Shown here in pieces: positions 61,204-64,000 of a DNA stretch of 64,000 nucleotides. The notes beneath the pieces were generated by a model that worked only from the letters and a program-made list of their open reading frames with translations, made no database searches and was not told where the DNA came from. The stretch is taken from NCBI GenBank assembly GCA_043228905.1, contig JBHGNT010000006.1, positions 19,654,001 through 19,718,000 on the forward strand, given 5' to 3'. The DNA is from Azolla caroliniana. Its lineage: Eukaryota > Plantae > Polypodiophyta. The stretch's first letter is position 1. Each line of letters starts with the position of its first letter. A program made the position numbers and the translations under genes.

Positions 61204-64000
61204 ACAGGAAGAAAAGTCTCGGAGCAAAACAAGTACGAATCGGCCCGGATGGGGCATCTACGTACACGGCCGTAACCGGAGGAATGAAGAAACAATACCG
61301 ACAAGTGGAGGATAAGTTACGGTCGGCATCAATAATAAAAGAAGACGAAGAAATCGTGGGAGTGATCGAGGAAGTGTTCTATGGGAATACACTACAACGG
61401 CTTGAAGAGCTTGCGGAAGATAAAAGCCAAGGGAACCGGGTAGTCCCGGTGGAATCGGTCGAGATGTACGAGATCGTTGCGAAAATGGGGCCGGGTGCGC
61501 TCCGCAAAGAAGAAGCAATGGTAAGTACGAAATACAAGACCGTGGAGAAGAAGGTGAAACCGGCCGCGGGACCACTACCCGCCGATAGCGAACAAAAGAA
61601 GAAAGAAGTCTCGGGAGATCCGACACTTCGGAAGTCCGTGGATATCGGACATGCCTTCACAGATGAGACCCGGAAGAAACTTCGGATCGGTGGAGGTGGG
61701 TTCCTCTTACAAGAAGAAGAAAAACGGTTTCGAGAGATGTTGGAGCAACATGGCAAAGCATTCGCGTTCACATCGAGGGAGATCGGATGCATTGATCCAA
61801 AGATAGTGGAGCCGATGGTGATTTTCACGATTGATCATGTACCGTGGAACCTGAAGCCGATTCCGGTGCCACGGGCGCATATTCCGAAAGTCATCGACTT
61901 GCTCAAGGAGAAGGTGGCGATGGGGATTCTAGAGCCATCAAGTGCTCCGTACTCAAATCGATGGTTTACGGTTCCGAAGAAGAATGGGTCACTCCGATTC
62001 ATCCAAGACTTGCAACCGGTGAACAAGGTCACGATCCGGAACTCGGGAGTCGGTCCGATAGTGGACGAATTCGCGGAAGCTTTTGCCGGACGTGCGATAT
62101 ACTCCATCGGGGACCTATACTCGGGGTATGACCAATTCCAACTAGCCGTGGAGAGCCGAGACATCACTACCATGCGGACACCGATAGGACTAGTTCGAAT
62201 GTGCACACTACCACAAGGAGCGACAAACTCGGTTGCACATATGATGAACGCGATGAACAAGGTGCTTCGAGATTGCATCCCGGAGATAACGATGCCGTTT
62301 CTAGATGACATTCCGATGAAAGGATGCGCGGTGGAAGAAAAAGATGAGACTATGGATGATCGGGGATGCCGAAAGTTCGTGGTCGACCATATTCATGATT
62401 GCGAGAAAGTGTTGCGAAAGCTAGAAGATGTGCACCTAACACTTTCCGGGGAGAAATCGGCATTCGGGCAAGAAGAAATATTGGTGGTCGGACATCTATG
62501 TGGACCCTACGGCCGAAGACCGTCACCAACAAAGATCGATGCGATTCAAGCTATGAAGGAAGTATGTGAGTCAACATCGGAAGTCCGAAGGTTTCTGGGT
62601 GCGTGTGCATTCTATCACATATGGATTCCGCACTATGCACATATAGCGGACCCGCTCTATCACTTGTTGCGGAAAGGTAAGAAATTCGAGTGGAAACCGG
62701 AACACACTAAAGCCATGAGGAAGCTCAAGAAGACACTATGGAGGGCGGAATCACTTAAGAAGCCAAGCTACGAGCGGCCAATCATAGTAACGGTTGATAC
62801 AAGTCCAACCGGTATCGGGTGGGTCATCAATCAAGCCGACTCGGATGGTTCGCGGTATCCGATCCGATTTGGAGCAAAGGTCCTCAACGAAAGGCAACGC
62901 GGATATGCACAAGTCAAAAGAGAATTGTGGGGAGTCGTGTCGGCGATAAAATCGGATCGGGATTATTTGATCGGAGTTGAAGTGGTGATTGAGACGGATT
63001 GTCTTCCGATACTCGGGATGATGCGGTGTTGTACGATACCGGATGTGGCTATGCTAAGGTGGATTGCATATGTCAAGTCACTTAATCCGGAGGTTCGACA
63101 CATCTCGGGGAAGGACAACGCGGTAGCGGACATGTTATCGAGGGCGCGGTTTGAAGACGACATAACCGAATCAGATAATGAAGAAGTTTCCGAAGACTAC
63201 TTCGCGTCAGAACACATATGCCGAGTGAACGTGATCCGAGAATTCCGGGAAGAAGAATACGAGGGGGAAACCTTGATGATCGGGAAGATGCTACAAGAGG
63301 TCGAGGATTCAACCAATGATAAAGAAAGGAGAGCCGAGATCCGAAGGAAGAAGAGGCAAGTCCAAAAGTTCTTCTTGGAAAACGGTTTAATATGGAGGAC
63401 GCCGAAAAGACCGGATGGGATACCACTTCGAGTAGTCGGGACGAAAGAGCAACGAAACCGGATAATGTCCGAGTTCCACGAATCCGATTGGGCTGGACAT
63501 CGAGGAACATGGGCAACTTTTGTGAAAATCAAGCAAAGATATTGGTGGAAGAACATGTATAAAGATGTCGCGGAGTTCACATAAAGCTGCGAGAAATGTC
63601 AAGTCTACTCCGGGGTCCGACACCGAGATGAGCTGCATCCGACATTCTCACCGACAATCAACTTCAAGTGGATGGTCGACATTGTAGCTATGCCGACCGG
63701 GATTGGACAAAAGAAATACTTGGTGTTAGCTCGAGAAGATCTCACAAACCAAGTTGAAGGTCGAGCGCTTCGGAGGAAAACGTGTGCCGCGGTGTGCCAA
63801 TTTCTTTTGGAAGAAGTGTTTTGTAGGTACGGCTGCGTAGGACAAGTGATTGCGGACCGGGGAGAACTCGACTCGGACAAAGCTAGGGGATTCTTCGCCA
63901 AACATGGAGTTCGGTTAACGTTGACAACGGCCTACAATCCGGAGGCCAACGGGAAGATCGAACGAGGACATAGTCCGATCGTGAAAGCACTTGCGAAGGC
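61140..64000 (+). CDS. Gypsy pol (RT, RNase H, integrase) in the -1 frame, with one premature stop at 63582-63584
   Basis: DLYSGYDQ, LPQGATNS, FLDD, VRRFLG, VDTSPTGIG, IETDC, GHRG. After the stop: SCEKCQ..ADRGEL..AYNPEANGKIERGH. Confidence 0.92.

Larger units (their letters stand above)
58243..64000 (+). mobile_element. Gypsy element B (5' LTR 58243-59071, PBS, gag-pro, pol), running off the window
   Basis: LTR TGTCGT...ACGACA, followed by the PBS, then gag-pro and pol in RT-RNase H-integrase order. Confidence 0.95.

Overview
Eukaryotic, repeat-saturated window with no intact host gene. The TE families and spliceosomal introns suggest a land plant, probably seed-free (inference). It is a stack of nested transposons. 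(1) A Ty1/copia element (1-1797, resuming 17245-17928) is split by a 15.4-kb DNA transposon (1798-17244) with an 8-bp TSD, bipartite TIRs and a decayed P-element/THAP9-like transposase. That transposon holds long TA/TG microsatellite tracts, a full-length L1-type LINE (14-bp TSD) and a MITE (8-bp TSD). (2) A decayed gypsy element carries two solo LTRs, each with a 5-bp TSD. (3) An array of 25-bp palindromes is split by a second copia element. (4) A hAT 3' fragment abuts a 5'-truncated LINE. (5) A Sola2-like, intron-containing transposase is split by a full-length copia element and faces a decayed FCP1/NIF (HAD-like) gene; both genes carry arrays of the palindrome TAGCTAATTAGCTA. (6) A fragment of a different LINE is cut by a near-intact Tnt1-like copia element. 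That copia is interrupted by two related gypsy elements nested in opposite orientation. The inner one has a -1 frameshift cassette (GGATTTT plus pseudoknot); the outer one has a gag-like ORF running into its PPT. All family assignments come from motif recognition by eye, not database searches.
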